A stretch of 64,000 nt of DNA from the NCBI GenBank assembly GCA_009923445.1, contig RFTN01000004.1, positions 66,438 through 130,437 of the forward strand. Reading direction: 5' to 3'. The notes below the pieces were generated by a model that saw only the letters and a list, made by a program, of their open reading frames with translations, searched no databases and was not told the DNA's origin. How positions within the stretch are numbered: position 1 is the first letter of the stretch; each line of letters starts with the position of its first letter. The position numbers were made by a program, and so were the translations under genes. This document shows positions 1 to 9,865 of the stretch, in pieces. This DNA comes from a bacterium. GTDB lineage: Bacteria > Patescibacteriota > Saccharimonadia > Saccharimonadales > SZUA-47.

Positions 1-313
1 TTACGGCTTTTGGCGTGACGGTTCGCTGACTTAGACACCAATCGTCACCGTCTTTATCTGGTTTACCGTCATGGAGCGGGCCGGTATAAGCAAAATCAAG
101 TACGTGGTTGTCGTGTGATGAATGAACGCTTACGTTCAACGCTTCGTATGGATTTTTTTCACTCTCTGTAGCATGACAGATATTTATTTTTGTATTTTCG
201 GGTTCAGCAATAGCAGCTGCTTTAGAATTACCAATCCCCGTCGCGGTAACTATTAGTAAAGCAAATGCCACTGTAGCTAGGGCTCTAAGGTTTGTTGTTA
301 CGAATTTTTTCAT
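1..313 (-). CDS. hypothetical exported protein; C-terminus runs off the left edge of the window
   Basis: Missing from the ORF track because there is no stop codon inside the window. Reverse-strand ATG at 313 is preceded by GGAGGTG (complement of 320-326). Hand translation MKKFVTTNLRALATVAFALLIVTATGIGNSKAAAIAEP... shows a basic N-terminus, hydrophobic core and AxA-like site, which fits a signal peptide. The frame stays open to position 1. Confidence 0.55.
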   Translation of the reverse strand, partial: MKKFVTTNLRALATVAFALLIVTATGIGNSKAAAIAEPENTKINICHATESEKNPYEALNVSVHSSHDNHVLDFAYTGPLHDGKPDKDGDDWCLSQRTVTPKAV

Positions 314-557
314 ATCTTGCACCTCCATTTAGGATTATTGGCTTGATTTGATAAAATAACCTCCTCATTCCTAGGTATACTCTTATATTTAGTAATGTCA
401 AAGTTTATGACCAATTCAAGACGTATATTGTAATCAGTTTACGATTGTATCCAAGAACACTAATTTATTTTTTTGTTCCAACACCGCAAAACGCAGAATC
501 GTTAACATGTTACCGCTATAACAAAACCAGTACCTATAGTATTACTTAAGCTAAGTA

Positions 558-743
558 ATGAACACACAACCATACAAAGGGTCACGAGACTTTTACCCCG
601 AAGATAAGCGCTTGCAAAAGTGGTTGTTTGCTAAGTGGGCCGAAGTCTGCGAAACATTTGGCTACGAACAATACGATGCCCCAATGCTTAGTGACAATTC
701 AAAAGAGCATGTAATGTCTCTTGTAAATCAACATAATAAATAA
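558..743 (+). pseudogene. truncated duplicate of the hisS 5' end (first 44 codons) followed by an unrelated short tail
   Basis: 558-689 aligns position-for-position with 2072-2203, the start of intact hisS. My hand alignment gives 7 mismatches in 132 nt, and only one changes an amino acid (T versus K). After codon 44 the frame diverges and stops at 743. Confidence 0.8.
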
Positions 744-763
744 AGTTGTAGTATTATCAAAAT

Positions 764-1144
764 ATGAATGATCACCCAGTAGAAGCGTGGAAGACAGAAG
801 AGCTTGCACACCAACAACAAAGAATTGAAAATTTAGGCAGGGGATTTGCCCATTTGCATCTGTTGCGACAAGAACGCCAAAATAGTAGCTGCCCCGAACT
901 AAGTATTAGCGACGTTGTATTGGCGGCTAACATTGCCCACGGGCCAGATATTGCCAGTGTGACCATACTAGATTTTGCAAAAACTGCTTATGATGCAGGA
1001 TTTTTAGCAAAAACAGACTCACTTGGTCAGCCAGAATTTAGAACAAGACTTATAGCTGGTGTCACTGGGCTAGAACAACTAGGCTTGCTAACAAAACCCC
1101 CGGGCTTTGCCTTATATACACATGTAGACTACCAACCTCAGTAA
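764..1144 (+). CDS. hypothetical protein (126 aa)
   Basis: Intact ORF with no motif I recognise. It sits inside the segment bracketed by the two hisS 5' copies. Confidence 0.45.
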   Translation: MNDHPVEAWKTEELAHQQQRIENLGRGFAHLHLLRQERQNSSCPELSISDVVLAANIAHGPDIASVTILDFAKTAYDAGFLAKTDSLGQPEFRTRLIAGVTGLEQLGLLTKPPGFALYTHVDYQPQ

Positions 1145-1192
1145 ATATTGTATTCATAATTTATTTCTTAACTTATATTAATTTATAAAAAA

Positions 1193-1327
1193 TGGTATAA
1201 TAAATATGATATGAAAAATAATTTCGACAACCTAGTACAGTCACATACTCAGCCGAGGTCAGATCTTCGGAAGTAATTTGTTTGTTTAATATAATCAAAG
1301 CGCCGAAGGACCTCGGCGCTTTTTTTT
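1193..1327 (+). promoter_or_regulatory. candidate leader/attenuator upstream of the dipeptidase gene
   Basis: Extended -10 TGGTATAAT at 1193-1201. A 21-codon ORF at 1211-1276 encodes MKNNFDNLVQSHTQPRSDLRK. GCCGAGGTC at 1252-1260 is the exact complement of GACCTCGGC at 1309-1317, the 3' half of the terminator stem. It can also pair locally with CTTCGG at 1265-1270. These are mutually exclusive structures. Confidence 0.4.
1300..1327 (+). terminator. rho-independent terminator
   Basis: GCGCCGA (1300-1306), loop AGGACC, TCGGCGC (1313-1319), then a run of eight T. Confidence 0.75.
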
Positions 1328-1350
1328 ATAAACTTAAACAAGAACTAACT

Positions 1351-2028
1351 ATGAAGACAAATGAAACTTATACTTTATTAGAAGAAAAAATGAAAACGTA
1401 TTCAGAGCTTGCTGCAGTAGATGTTGTACCAAACAATGAACCGCTCGTGTCAATTGGAAATAGTGAAATATTACGCGCTCGACCTATAGACAATAATATG
1501 GAAGCGTATACTGCAAATGCAATATTTGTAAGATCTAGTGTACAGAAAATGCTTGGCATAGCGGCAATAATGGCAAGTGACTATAGTCCAGATTTGCAGC
1601 TTGAAGTAGTTTATGGCTATAGGCCTTTAACTATTCAAAAGGATTTATTTGAATATTATCGCAACAAACTAACTGATAAATATTCCGGCAACGAACTGCT
1701 AGAAGCTGTTCACAGATTAATTGCTGTACCAGAAGTATCTGGTCACCCTACTGGTGGTGCAGTTGATGTACAGCTATGTAAAAATGGCGTGCCAATAGAA
1801 TTTGGTACGAATATATGGGAATTTACACCAGATAGTTATACATTCAGTCCATTCATAAACAGAACTAGTTGGTCGAATAGGCAATTACTGCGACGTATTA
1901 TGTTAAACGTTGGGTTTGCTCCATTTGATGGAGAATGGTGGCACTTTTCTTATGGAGATAAAGAGTGGGCATCGTATTACAACAAGCAATACGCTATGTA
2001 CCAGCAAACTGAGTTTACTAACCTTTAG
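1351..2028 (+). CDS. D-alanyl-D-alanine dipeptidase, VanX/DdpX-like (peptidase family M15D)
   Basis: Has SGHPTGGAVDV (His/Asp metal ligands) and GEWWHFSYGD (ExxH), at the typical size of about 225 aa. The track start at 1282 is rejected because it would read through the terminator hairpin, so ATG 1351 (MKTNETY...) is used. Confidence 0.75.
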   Translation: MKTNETYTLLEEKMKTYSELAAVDVVPNNEPLVSIGNSEILRARPIDNNMEAYTANAIFVRSSVQKMLGIAAIMASDYSPDLQLEVVYGYRPLTIQKDLFEYYRNKLTDKYSGNELLEAVHRLIAVPEVSGHPTGGAVDVQLCKNGVPIEFGTNIWEFTPDSYTFSPFINRTSWSNRQLLRRIMLNVGFAPFDGEWWHFSYGDKEWASYYNKQYAMYQQTEFTNL

Positions 2029-2071
2029 TTAAAAAAAGTAATATCGTATACTACTTATGAGAGAGAAGAAC

Positions 2072-3373
2072 ATGAACACGCAACCATACAAAGGATCCCG
2101 CGACTTTTACCCCGAAGATAAACGCTTGCAAAAGTGGTTGTTTGCTAAGTGGGCCGAAGTTTGCGAAAAATTTGGCTACGAACAATACGATGCCCCAATG
2201 CTTGAAGAAACGGCGCTGTACCAACTAAAGGGTAGCGACGAGATTTTAAGCGAACAAACGTATACGTTTATAGACCGCGGTGATCGCAGTGTAACTATGC
2301 GTACCGAAATGACACCTAGCGTCAGCCGTATGGTTGCGCAAAAACGCCAAGAGCTTGCGTACCCCTTGCGTTGGTATAGCATTCCTGAGTTGTGGCGCTA
2401 CGAACGCCCACAGCGTGGCCGCTTACGCCAGTTTTGGCAGTTAAACGTAGATATATTTGGTGTGCAAGGCCAGTATGCCGAACACGAAATTATTAGTGTT
2501 GCCGATGCCATTATGCAAAGCGTGGGCGCTAAGCGCAGCATGTACCAAATTAAGCTCAATAGCCGCTTGTTTATAGACTTTGTACTTAAAGACTACCTAG
2601 GGCTAGACGAAGTAGAGTCAGCCACAATTCGCCGCCTTGTTGATAAAATGGCAAAAATTGACCCTGCGGCTTTTGCGGCTAGCATTGAGGCAAGTATGAG
2701 CCCAACTGCCCGCGACAACGGTGCACCGGCCAAGCTTTTAGACCTTTTGCAGTTAAAATCACTAGACGACATGCCCGCAGATGTTGCCGGTCACCCAAGT
2801 ATTGCTGAGCTAAAACAGCTTATGGCGCTACTTAAAACTAACGGCATTACCAACACTGTATTTGATATTAGTCTTATGCGCGGTTTTGATTACTACACTG
2901 ATATTGTTTTTGAGGTGTTTGATACCAACCCTGACAACAACCGCAGCATGTTTGGCGGTGGCCGCTACGACGGCTTAGTTGGGTTATTTGGTGTAGACCC
3001 AGTACCAACTGTTGGCTTTGGTATGGGCGATGTAACATTTGTTAACTTTTTAGAAGTACACGGACTAATGCCGGCATTAGAAAGCGAAACCGAGCTATAT
3101 ATGGCCTTTATTGGTGATATGTACAGCTCGGTACAACCAGTTTTAGCCGAACTACGCGAAGAAGGGGTGACAGTAGCTGTTGATACAACTGGACGCAAGC
3201 TAGATAAACAAATTAAAACAGCCGAAAAGAAGGGAATTGAGTTTGTTGTGTTTGTAGGAGAGCAAGAAATTCAAACTGGCCAATTCCGTATTAAAAACCT
3301 TAAATCCGGTGAAGAACAAACCTTGTCGTTGGCAAGACTCATTACTGTAGTTAAAGACAGGCGAAAAAAATAA
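2072..3373 (+). CDS. hisS: histidine--tRNA ligase
   Basis: N-terminus KGSRDFYPED and motifs RYERPQRGRLRQFWQ and GGGRYDGL, plus a C-terminal anticodon-binding domain. Start MNTQPYKG at 2072 is preferred over the upstream ATG at 2057 because the duplicated copy also begins there. Confidence 0.9.
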   Translation: MNTQPYKGSRDFYPEDKRLQKWLFAKWAEVCEKFGYEQYDAPMLEETALYQLKGSDEILSEQTYTFIDRGDRSVTMRTEMTPSVSRMVAQKRQELAYPLRWYSIPELWRYERPQRGRLRQFWQLNVDIFGVQGQYAEHEIISVADAIMQSVGAKRSMYQIKLNSRLFIDFVLKDYLGLDEVESATIRRLVDKMAKIDPAAFAASIEASMSPTARDNGAPAKLLDLLQLKSLDDMPADVAGHPSIAELKQLMALLKTNGITNTVFDISLMRGFDYYTDIVFEVFDTNPDNNRSMFGGGRYDGLVGLFGVDPVPTVGFGMGDVTFVNFLEVHGLMPALESETELYMAFIGDMYSSVQPVLAELREEGVTVAVDTTGRKLDKQIKTAEKKGIEFVVFVGEQEIQTGQFRIKNLKSGEEQTLSLARLITVVKDRRKK

Positions 3374-3435
3374 CCAAAGTACTCTAAAGTGCTTGTGCTC
3401 GCACTTGTTTGCCGTATCTGTTATACTAGCAATCT

Positions 3436-4707
3436 ATGAAATTTACTATTACACACCCAAATGAAACATCGGCCCAATTGCATATAACCGCAGAACAGCA
3501 CGAACTAGACAAATATAAAAAACAGGTGCTTGGCCGTATGCAGCAACAGGTTAAAATGGCCGGGTTCCGCAAGGGTACCGCTCCGCTAGAGCTTGTCGAA
3601 AAGCAAATTGACCAAAACGCCTACCAGCAAGAATTTTTAGACGAAGCCCTGTCTAGCTTATATAGCGCTGCAGCTAGGTCCGAAAAACTTCGCCCCGTGC
3701 AAAGCCCGCAAGTTACAATTTTAAAGTTTGTGCCGTTTACGAGTCTTGAATTTGAAGCAACCGTGCCAGTTATTGGTAAAATTACCTTACCAGACTACAA
3801 AAAGATTAAAGTAGCTAAAAAAGAGTCTAAAGTTACAGCTGCAGATGTTGATGAAGTGATTCAAAACTTGCGCACACGTGCATCTGTAAAAAACGATGTC
3901 ACCCGTGCCGCCAAAGATAGCGACCAGGTATGGATAGATTTTGAAGGCTTTGACCAAAAAGGCAAGGCTATTGAACGCGCTGACGGCAAAGACTACCCGC
4001 TTGTACTTGGCAGTGGTACGTTTATTCCTGGCTTTGAGCCAGAGCTAGTTGGTAAAAAGGCTGGCGATACAACCGAATTTACCCTAACATTCCCTAAAAA
4101 TTACGGTGTTAAAACTATGCAGGGCCAAAAAGTGACCTTTAAAGTTAAGGTTAATAAGGTGCAAGAAGTAGCGTTGCCTAAACTAGACGATGCTTTTGCA
4201 ACCACGCTTGGGCCATTTAAAACGCTCGATCAGCTTAAAACCGATATTAAAACGCAGCTAGCATTAGATAAAGACAACGAAGTTCGCCGTGACCACGAAG
4301 CTGCAACGCTGCAGGCTATTGTCGCTAAAACCAAAGTAGCCTTGCCGCAAGAGATTATTGACGAGCAAATACAAATGCTTGTGAGCGAAGTACGCCAAAA
4401 CGCCGTACAGCGCGGCCAAACTTACGAGGAGCTTTTAAAAGCTGAGGGTAAAACTGAAGATCAGTACAAAAAAGATGTATTAGAGCAAGAAGCAATAGAC
4501 CGCGTGCAAGCGGGGCTTGTACTAAGCGAAATTGCCACTATTGAAAAAATTACCGTCGAAGCGTCAGAGCTCGACGAGCGTCTAAACGCCCTTAAGGCCC
4601 AATACCGCGACGAAAAAATGCGTGCCGAGCTAGACAACCCAGACAACCAGCGCGAAATTGCTCAGCGCATACTCACCGAAAAAACGATTAAGTTTTTAAC
4701 TAAATAG
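3436..4707 (+). CDS. tig: trigger factor
   Basis: GFRKGTAP ribosome-binding signature and a central FKBP-type segment (IDFEGF...LGSGTFIPGFEPELVG). 423 aa. Confidence 0.9.
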   Translation: MKFTITHPNETSAQLHITAEQHELDKYKKQVLGRMQQQVKMAGFRKGTAPLELVEKQIDQNAYQQEFLDEALSSLYSAAARSEKLRPVQSPQVTILKFVPFTSLEFEATVPVIGKITLPDYKKIKVAKKESKVTAADVDEVIQNLRTRASVKNDVTRAAKDSDQVWIDFEGFDQKGKAIERADGKDYPLVLGSGTFIPGFEPELVGKKAGDTTEFTLTFPKNYGVKTMQGQKVTFKVKVNKVQEVALPKLDDAFATTLGPFKTLDQLKTDIKTQLALDKDNEVRRDHEAATLQAIVAKTKVALPQEIIDEQIQMLVSEVRQNAVQRGQTYEELLKAEGKTEDQYKKDVLEQEAIDRVQAGLVLSEIATIEKITVEASELDERLNALKAQYRDEKMRAELDNPDNQREIAQRILTEKTIKFLTK

Positions 4708-4708
4708 C

Positions 4709-5050
4709 ATGCAAACAAACATCACCCCGACAACTTCGTCAGAAGTTATAAATGGCTTTATTGAGCTGGGTCTTGCGACCGCACAACAGCAAGACATGAT
4801 GAACGCACTCTCGGCCGGGGCTAAATCTCACAACCAAGTGTTGTTTTATGAAGTTCGTTATAAAACTGCAGATTTTTTAGCTAATTACCCAATGCCCGAG
4901 CATTTGCCCGCAGAAGATATTGAAGTATTAATGAGTGAAGATGTCTCGCCAGAACGAAAAGATTTTGCTGCTGCTTTTTTAGTAACACGCTGCGTTTCTG
5001 TACTTCTCCCACAAACTTATAGCGAGCAATATCACGGTGAATTTGCATAA
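4709..5050 (+). CDS. hypothetical protein (113 aa)
   Basis: ORF begins 1 nt after the tig stop. No recognisable motif. Confidence 0.45.
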   Translation: MQTNITPTTSSEVINGFIELGLATAQQQDMMNALSAGAKSHNQVLFYEVRYKTADFLANYPMPEHLPAEDIEVLMSEDVSPERKDFAAAFLVTRCVSVLLPQTYSEQYHGEFA

Positions 5051-5101
5051 ATTAGCACTCAGCATTGACGAGTGCTAATTTGGCAGTATATACTTACAGT
5101 T

Positions 5102-5683
5102 ATGAAAAGTTTACTTATACCCACAGTTATAGAATCAGACGGCCGTATGGAGCGTGCGTATGACATTTACAGCCGCTTACTTAAAGAGCGCATTATATTT
5201 TTGGGCGAAGACGTAAACCCGCATACCGCAAACCTTATTGTTGCACAGCTATTATTTTTGCAAAACGAAGACCCTAAAAAAGACATATTTTTATACATTA
5301 ACAGCCCTGGTGGCAGCGTATACGATGGCATGGCTATATACGACACCATGAACCACGTTAAGTGCGACGTACAAACAGTTGGTATTGGCTTGCAGGCTAG
5401 CATGGGTGCATTTTTGCTTAGCAGCGGCACAAAAGGTAAGCGTTTTATATTGCCACACAGTAAGGTGATGATTCATCAGCCAAGCAGCGGCACACGCGGT
5501 AAAGTGAGCGACATGGAAATTGACTTAAAAGAATCACTCGCAGTACGCAAGCTGTTAAACGACATTTTAGCTAAAAACACCGGTCAAAAACTCAGTCAAA
5601 TCGAAAAAGACGTCGACCGCGATTACTGGATGACCGCCGAAGAAGCTGTTAAATACGGCCTCGTCGACAAAGTTATAAAATAG
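5102..5683 (+). CDS. clpP: ATP-dependent Clp protease proteolytic subunit
   Basis: [27 protein letters not shown], a catalytic Ser in the [11 protein letters not shown] context, and MIHQPS. Start ATG 5102 ([11 protein letters not shown]) is preferred over the GTG at 5072. Confidence 0.92.
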   Translation: MKSLLIPTVIESDGRMERAYDIYSRLLKERIIFLGEDVNPHTANLIVAQLLFLQNEDPKKDIFLYINSPGGSVYDGMAIYDTMNHVKCDVQTVGIGLQASMGAFLLSSGTKGKRFILPHSKVMIHQPSSGTRGKVSDMEIDLKESLAVRKLLNDILAKNTGQKLSQIEKDVDRDYWMTAEEAVKYGLVDKVIK

Positions 5684-5700
5684 TTTTATAGTAGTGCTAT

Positions 5701-6249
5701 ATGAGTAAAGAGGTATCTTTTGTTCCGTTTGTACATATACACGGCGTAAACCGCGTTCGTACTTCTGTAGCGCTGCTTAATGCGCGTGATAGTAACACTC
5801 AACAGCTACGAGTAGAGCAACCGTATGCCGATAAAATTTATCAGTCTCCTATTAAGGCTTATAGACACATTGGCCATATTGCTACACAAATGCATTTGGG
5901 TAAAATAGATGCCTTTGTCACCAAAGTAGGTAGCAAGCCACAAGGTGTTGCAACAATTATGCAGGCACCTTGGGCTGCGAACACACTCGTATCAAACCCT
6001 TTTGAACTTAGTTATTGGGTACGAAAACAACCCAATAAGGACACGGCTATTGAAATAGGTACAATTATTCTTGCAGGCCTTATGAGCTACCACGGCAATA
6101 TACATGATGCACTTTGGATGGTAACCCTACCAGATGATGAAATAAAACGCTACGTATGTGAGGCAAATGGCATGACGCCAGTTGGTGAACCACAGCAATA
6201 TACTATTGAAGACGGCGTAACCATTGACCGCCAACTTTGGGTTAAATAA
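5701..6249 (+). CDS. hypothetical protein (182 aa)
   Basis: Intact ORF between clpP and the rpoB leader. No recognisable motif. Confidence 0.45.
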   Translation: MSKEVSFVPFVHIHGVNRVRTSVALLNARDSNTQQLRVEQPYADKIYQSPIKAYRHIGHIATQMHLGKIDAFVTKVGSKPQGVATIMQAPWAANTLVSNPFELSYWVRKQPNKDTAIEIGTIILAGLMSYHGNIHDALWMVTLPDDEIKRYVCEANGMTPVGEPQQYTIEDGVTIDRQLWVK

Positions 6250-6430
6250 CACTTGACTTTATGCACCTAGCAGGGGTACACTACAATCAAGAAGTAGTAT
6301 ACGCGTGTATTTGATGTCCCTGTGATTTTCAGAGGCATCACATAGTAGTGTTCTTCCGGCCAAAGAACTAAACAACTAAACAATCTGTTCTGATCAAACA
6401 GGTTAAATAAGAAGGTGACAAAAGTAGCTT

Positions 6431-9400
6431 ATGAGCAAAGCATCTGCTGTGAGTATCCCCAAAAAAACACGACAGTTCTATACAAAAAAGAAAGAAATTA
6501 TTAACCTACCAAACTTGGTAGATCACCAGAACAAATCATTCCAATGGTTTGTAGAAGAAGGCCTAGGCGAGCTGTTAGCCGAAATTAGCCCTATAGATGA
6601 CTATACGGGTACTAAACTTAGTTTGCGCTTTAAAGATTACCACTTTGAAGAACCTAAATTGACCGAGGCCGAAGCCCGCGAAAACAACGTAAGCTACGAT
6701 GCACCACTTAAGGCTGTTATTGAGCTTACGAACAAAATTACCGGCGAAGTAAAAGACCAAGAAATCTACCTTGGCGACTACCCATGGATGACTACTCGCG
6801 GCACATTTATTATAAATGGTGCCGAGCGTGTAGTTGTTAGCCAGCTTATTCGTAGTGCAGGTGTATTTTTTACTGCCGATTCGCATGGTTCAACTAACCT
6901 ATACGGTGCTAAGCTCATACCTGGCCGTGGTGCATGGCTCGAATTTGAAACTGCAGCCAGCGGTGCTTTGTTTGTAAAAATTGACCGTAAGCGCAAACTG
7001 ACTGTTACAACGCTATTGCGCGCACTTGGTATGAGTGAAGCTGCTATGCGCGAGGGCTTAAAGCACGTAGATAACGGTAAAACTAGTTATTTAACTGCAA
7101 CCCTAGAAAAAGACGCATCACGTGGCGTTAACGAATCTTTGATCGAGGTTTATCGCCGCTTGCGTCCAGGTGACTTGGCAACTGTTGACAACGCACGCAG
7201 CCTAGTTGAAAACATGTTCTTTAACTACAAGCGCTTTGATTTTAGTCGTGTTGGTCGTTACAAAATTAACAAGCGTCTTGGCTTAGACGTTGCTAACACA
7301 GCCGAAAACCGCATAATGCGTATCGAAGACCTTATAGCAATTATTGCCGAGGTTATACGCCTAAACAACACGCAAGACTTACCTGACGACATCGACAGCC
7401 TTGCTAATCGCCGTGTTAAGTTAGTTGGTGAGCTTGTTCAGAGACAGTTTAGGATTGGCCTACTGCGCATGGAACGAAACGCAAAAGACCGTATGAGCAT
7501 GAGCGATATCGAAACAGTAACTCCATCTCAACTTATTAATGCACGTCCAGTCGTGGCTGCAGTACGCGAATTTTTTGCAAGTAGTCAGCTTAGTCAGTTC
7601 ATGGACCAAATTAACCCGCTTTCTGAGCTTGCTCACAAGCGCCGTTTAAGCTCTATGGGGCCTGGTGGCCTTAGCCGCGAACGTGCTGGTTTTGAGGTGC
7701 GTGACGCCCATGCAACACACTATGGTCGTATTTGTCCTGTAGAGACTCCTGAAGGTGCCAACATTGGTTTGGTGCTTAATATGGCTATGTATGCTCGTAT
7801 TAACGACTATGGCTTCTTAGAGACTCCGTACCGTACAGTCGTTAAAGGCAAGGTTACTGATGATGTCGTGTACTTAGATGCTGCTGACGAAGAGCATGCA
7901 ATTATTGCAAGCAGTAGTGAAGAAGTGAACGAAAAAGGCGCCTTTGTGAATACTCGCGTCAGCGCACGTAAGCATTTGGTTGCTGGTGAGGTTGATGCAG
8001 ACGAAGTAACGCATATGGATGCCGCAGAACGCCAAATTATTGGTAGTAGTGCCGGCCTTATTCCGTTTGTAGAAAAGAACTACGTGTACCGAAGTTTGAT
8101 GGGTAGTAACCAGCAGCGTCAAGCAGTGCCTTTGATCAAGCCAGAAGCCCCTGTAGTGGGTACTGGTCTAGAGGGCGAAGTTGCCCGAAACTCGGGTCAG
8201 ATGGTACTTGCAGAAGAAGACGGTGTGGTTGTATCTGCCGATGCTCAAAAAGTAGTCGTAAGCTATAAAAACAGAAAAGCTACCTACGAGCCACTACACT
8301 TTGTGCGTAGTAACGAAGGCACTTCAATTAACCAACATGTTGTTGTAAGTACCGGAGACAACGTCAAAGCTGGTGATTCTTTAATTGAAGGTATGTCAAT
8401 CGACAACGGCGAGCTTGCTTTGGGTAAAAACCTGCTCGTGGCGTTTATGCCATGGAACGGTTACAACTTTGAAGATGCGATGGTGATTAGCCGCAAACTA
8501 GTCGAAGACGACACACTCACAAGCGTGCATATTGTTGATTACATGACCGAAGTACGCGAGACAAAGCTTGGGCCTGAGATTGTGACAAGCGATATTCCTA
8601 ACGTATCTGAAGAAGCACTCCGTCACCTAGACGAAGACGGCATTGTACGTATTGGAGCCGAAGTGCACCCAGGTGACATTTTGGTTGGTAAAATTACTCC
8701 TAAGGGCGAACAAGAACTTTCGAGTGAAGAACGTTTATTGCGCGCAATTTTTGGTGAAAAAGCAAAAGAAGTTCGCGATACGTCTCAGCGCATGAGTAAC
8801 GGTAAGCACGGTAAAGTTGTTGGCGTTAAAGTCTTTAGCAGGGCCAATGGCCACGAGCTAAAAGCTGGCGTGTTAATGCAAATACAGGTGTTTGTTGCCC
8901 AAATGCGCAAAATTAGTGTAGGTGACAAGCTGGGTGGTCGTCACGGTAACAAGGGTGTTATTGCTCGCGTGTTACCACAAGAAGACATGCCGTTTACAGC
9001 CGATGGTACACCTGTTGACATTGTGCTTAACCCACTTGGTGTGCCAAGTCGTATGAACGTCGGACAGTTGTTCGAAACTCACCTTGGAATGGCTGCAAAA
9101 GCGCTTGGTATTAATGTTGCCAGCCCAAGTTTTAACGGCGTGCCTATTCCTAAAATTCGTGAATTGTTAACAAAAGCTGGTCTACCCGATGACGGTAAGC
9201 AGCAGCTATATGACGGCCATACGGGCGAACCGTTCAAAGAGCGAACAACAGTTGGTTGTATGTACATGATTAAGCTAAACCACATGATCACCGACAAGAT
9301 TCATGCACGCAGCACCGGTCCATACACTATGGTGACTCAACAGCCACTTGGTGGTAAGGCGCAAAACGGTGGTCAGCGCTTTGGAGAAATGGAAGTATGG

Positions 9401-9865
9401 GCGCTAGAAGCTTACGGTGCTAGCAATATGCTTCAAGAAATGTTGACTATTAAGTCAGACGACGTATACGGTCGTTCAAAAGCCTACGAATCTATTATTA
9501 AGGGCACAGACATAATTGGACCAAAAGTACCCGAAAGCTTTAACGTGCTTGTAAAAGAGTTGCAAGGCTTGGGTCTAAAAGTTGACCTTATCGAAAAAAA
9601 TAAAGGTGTAATTTTAGATGCTGAAGAAGTGCTTGCAAGCAATATTAAAGAAGAAGCTGCTCACCTACCCGAAATAGAAGTTCCAAAAGAAATGATATCG
9701 GATATTGACGTTACTGAAGATGCCGCAGTTTTAGACGAATTTGAAGTAGTTACTTTAGACGAAAACGATGAGCCGGTACCAGTTGGTGTTGAAGCAAGTG
9801 ATTTTGAAACATCACACAAGGAGCATGATTATGCAACAGACGATGAAGATGGAGGGAGTAACTAA
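6431..9865 (+). CDS. rpoB: DNA-directed RNA polymerase subunit beta
   Basis: Canonical beta motifs (GTFIINGAERVVVSQL, NQQRQAVPL, GRHGNKGV, PESFNVLVKELQGLGL). 1144 aa, with an extra acidic C-terminal tail. Confidence 0.97.
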   Translation: MSKASAVSIPKKTRQFYTKKKEIINLPNLVDHQNKSFQWFVEEGLGELLAEISPIDDYTGTKLSLRFKDYHFEEPKLTEAEARENNVSYDAPLKAVIELTNKITGEVKDQEIYLGDYPWMTTRGTFIINGAERVVVSQLIRSAGVFFTADSHGSTNLYGAKLIPGRGAWLEFETAASGALFVKIDRKRKLTVTTLLRALGMSEAAMREGLKHVDNGKTSYLTATLEKDASRGVNESLIEVYRRLRPGDLATVDNARSLVENMFFNYKRFDFSRVGRYKINKRLGLDVANTAENRIMRIEDLIAIIAEVIRLNNTQDLPDDIDSLANRRVKLVGELVQRQFRIGLLRMERNAKDRMSMSDIETVTPSQLINARPVVAAVREFFASSQLSQFMDQINPLSELAHKRRLSSMGPGGLSRERAGFEVRDAHATHYGRICPVETPEGANIGLVLNMAMYARINDYGFLETPYRTVVKGKVTDDVVYLDAADEEHAIIASSSEEVNEKGAFVNTRVSARKHLVAGEVDADEVTHMDAAERQIIGSSAGLIPFVEKNYVYRSLMGSNQQRQAVPLIKPEAPVVGTGLEGEVARNSGQMVLAEEDGVVVSADAQKVVVSYKNRKATYEPLHFVRSNEGTSINQHVVVSTGDNVKAGDSLIEGMSIDNGELALGKNLLVAFMPWNGYNFEDAMVISRKLVEDDTLTSVHIVDYMTEVRETKLGPEIVTSDIPNVSEEALRHLDEDGIVRIGAEVHPGDILVGKITPKGEQELSSEERLLRAIFGEKAKEVRDTSQRMSNGKHGKVVGVKVFSRANGHELKAGVLMQIQVFVAQMRKISVGDKLGGRHGNKGVIARVLPQEDMPFTADGTPVDIVLNPLGVPSRMNVGQLFETHLGMAAKALGINVASPSFNGVPIPKIRELLTKAGLPDDGKQQLYDGHTGEPFKERTTVGCMYMIKLNHMITDKIHARSTGPYTMVTQQPLGGKAQNGGQRFGEMEVWALEAYGASNMLQEMLTIKSDDVYGRSKAYESIIKGTDIIGPKVPESFNVLVKELQGLGLKVDLIEKNKGVILDAEEVLASNIKEEAAHLPEIEVPKEMISDIDVTEDAAVLDEFEVVTLDENDEPVPVGVEASDFETSHKEHDYATDDEDGGSN

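Noticed and set aside
1282-1350. Upstream start of the dipeptidase ORF (track start 1282).
   Set aside because: It would require translation through the terminator hairpin and T-run at 1300-1327.
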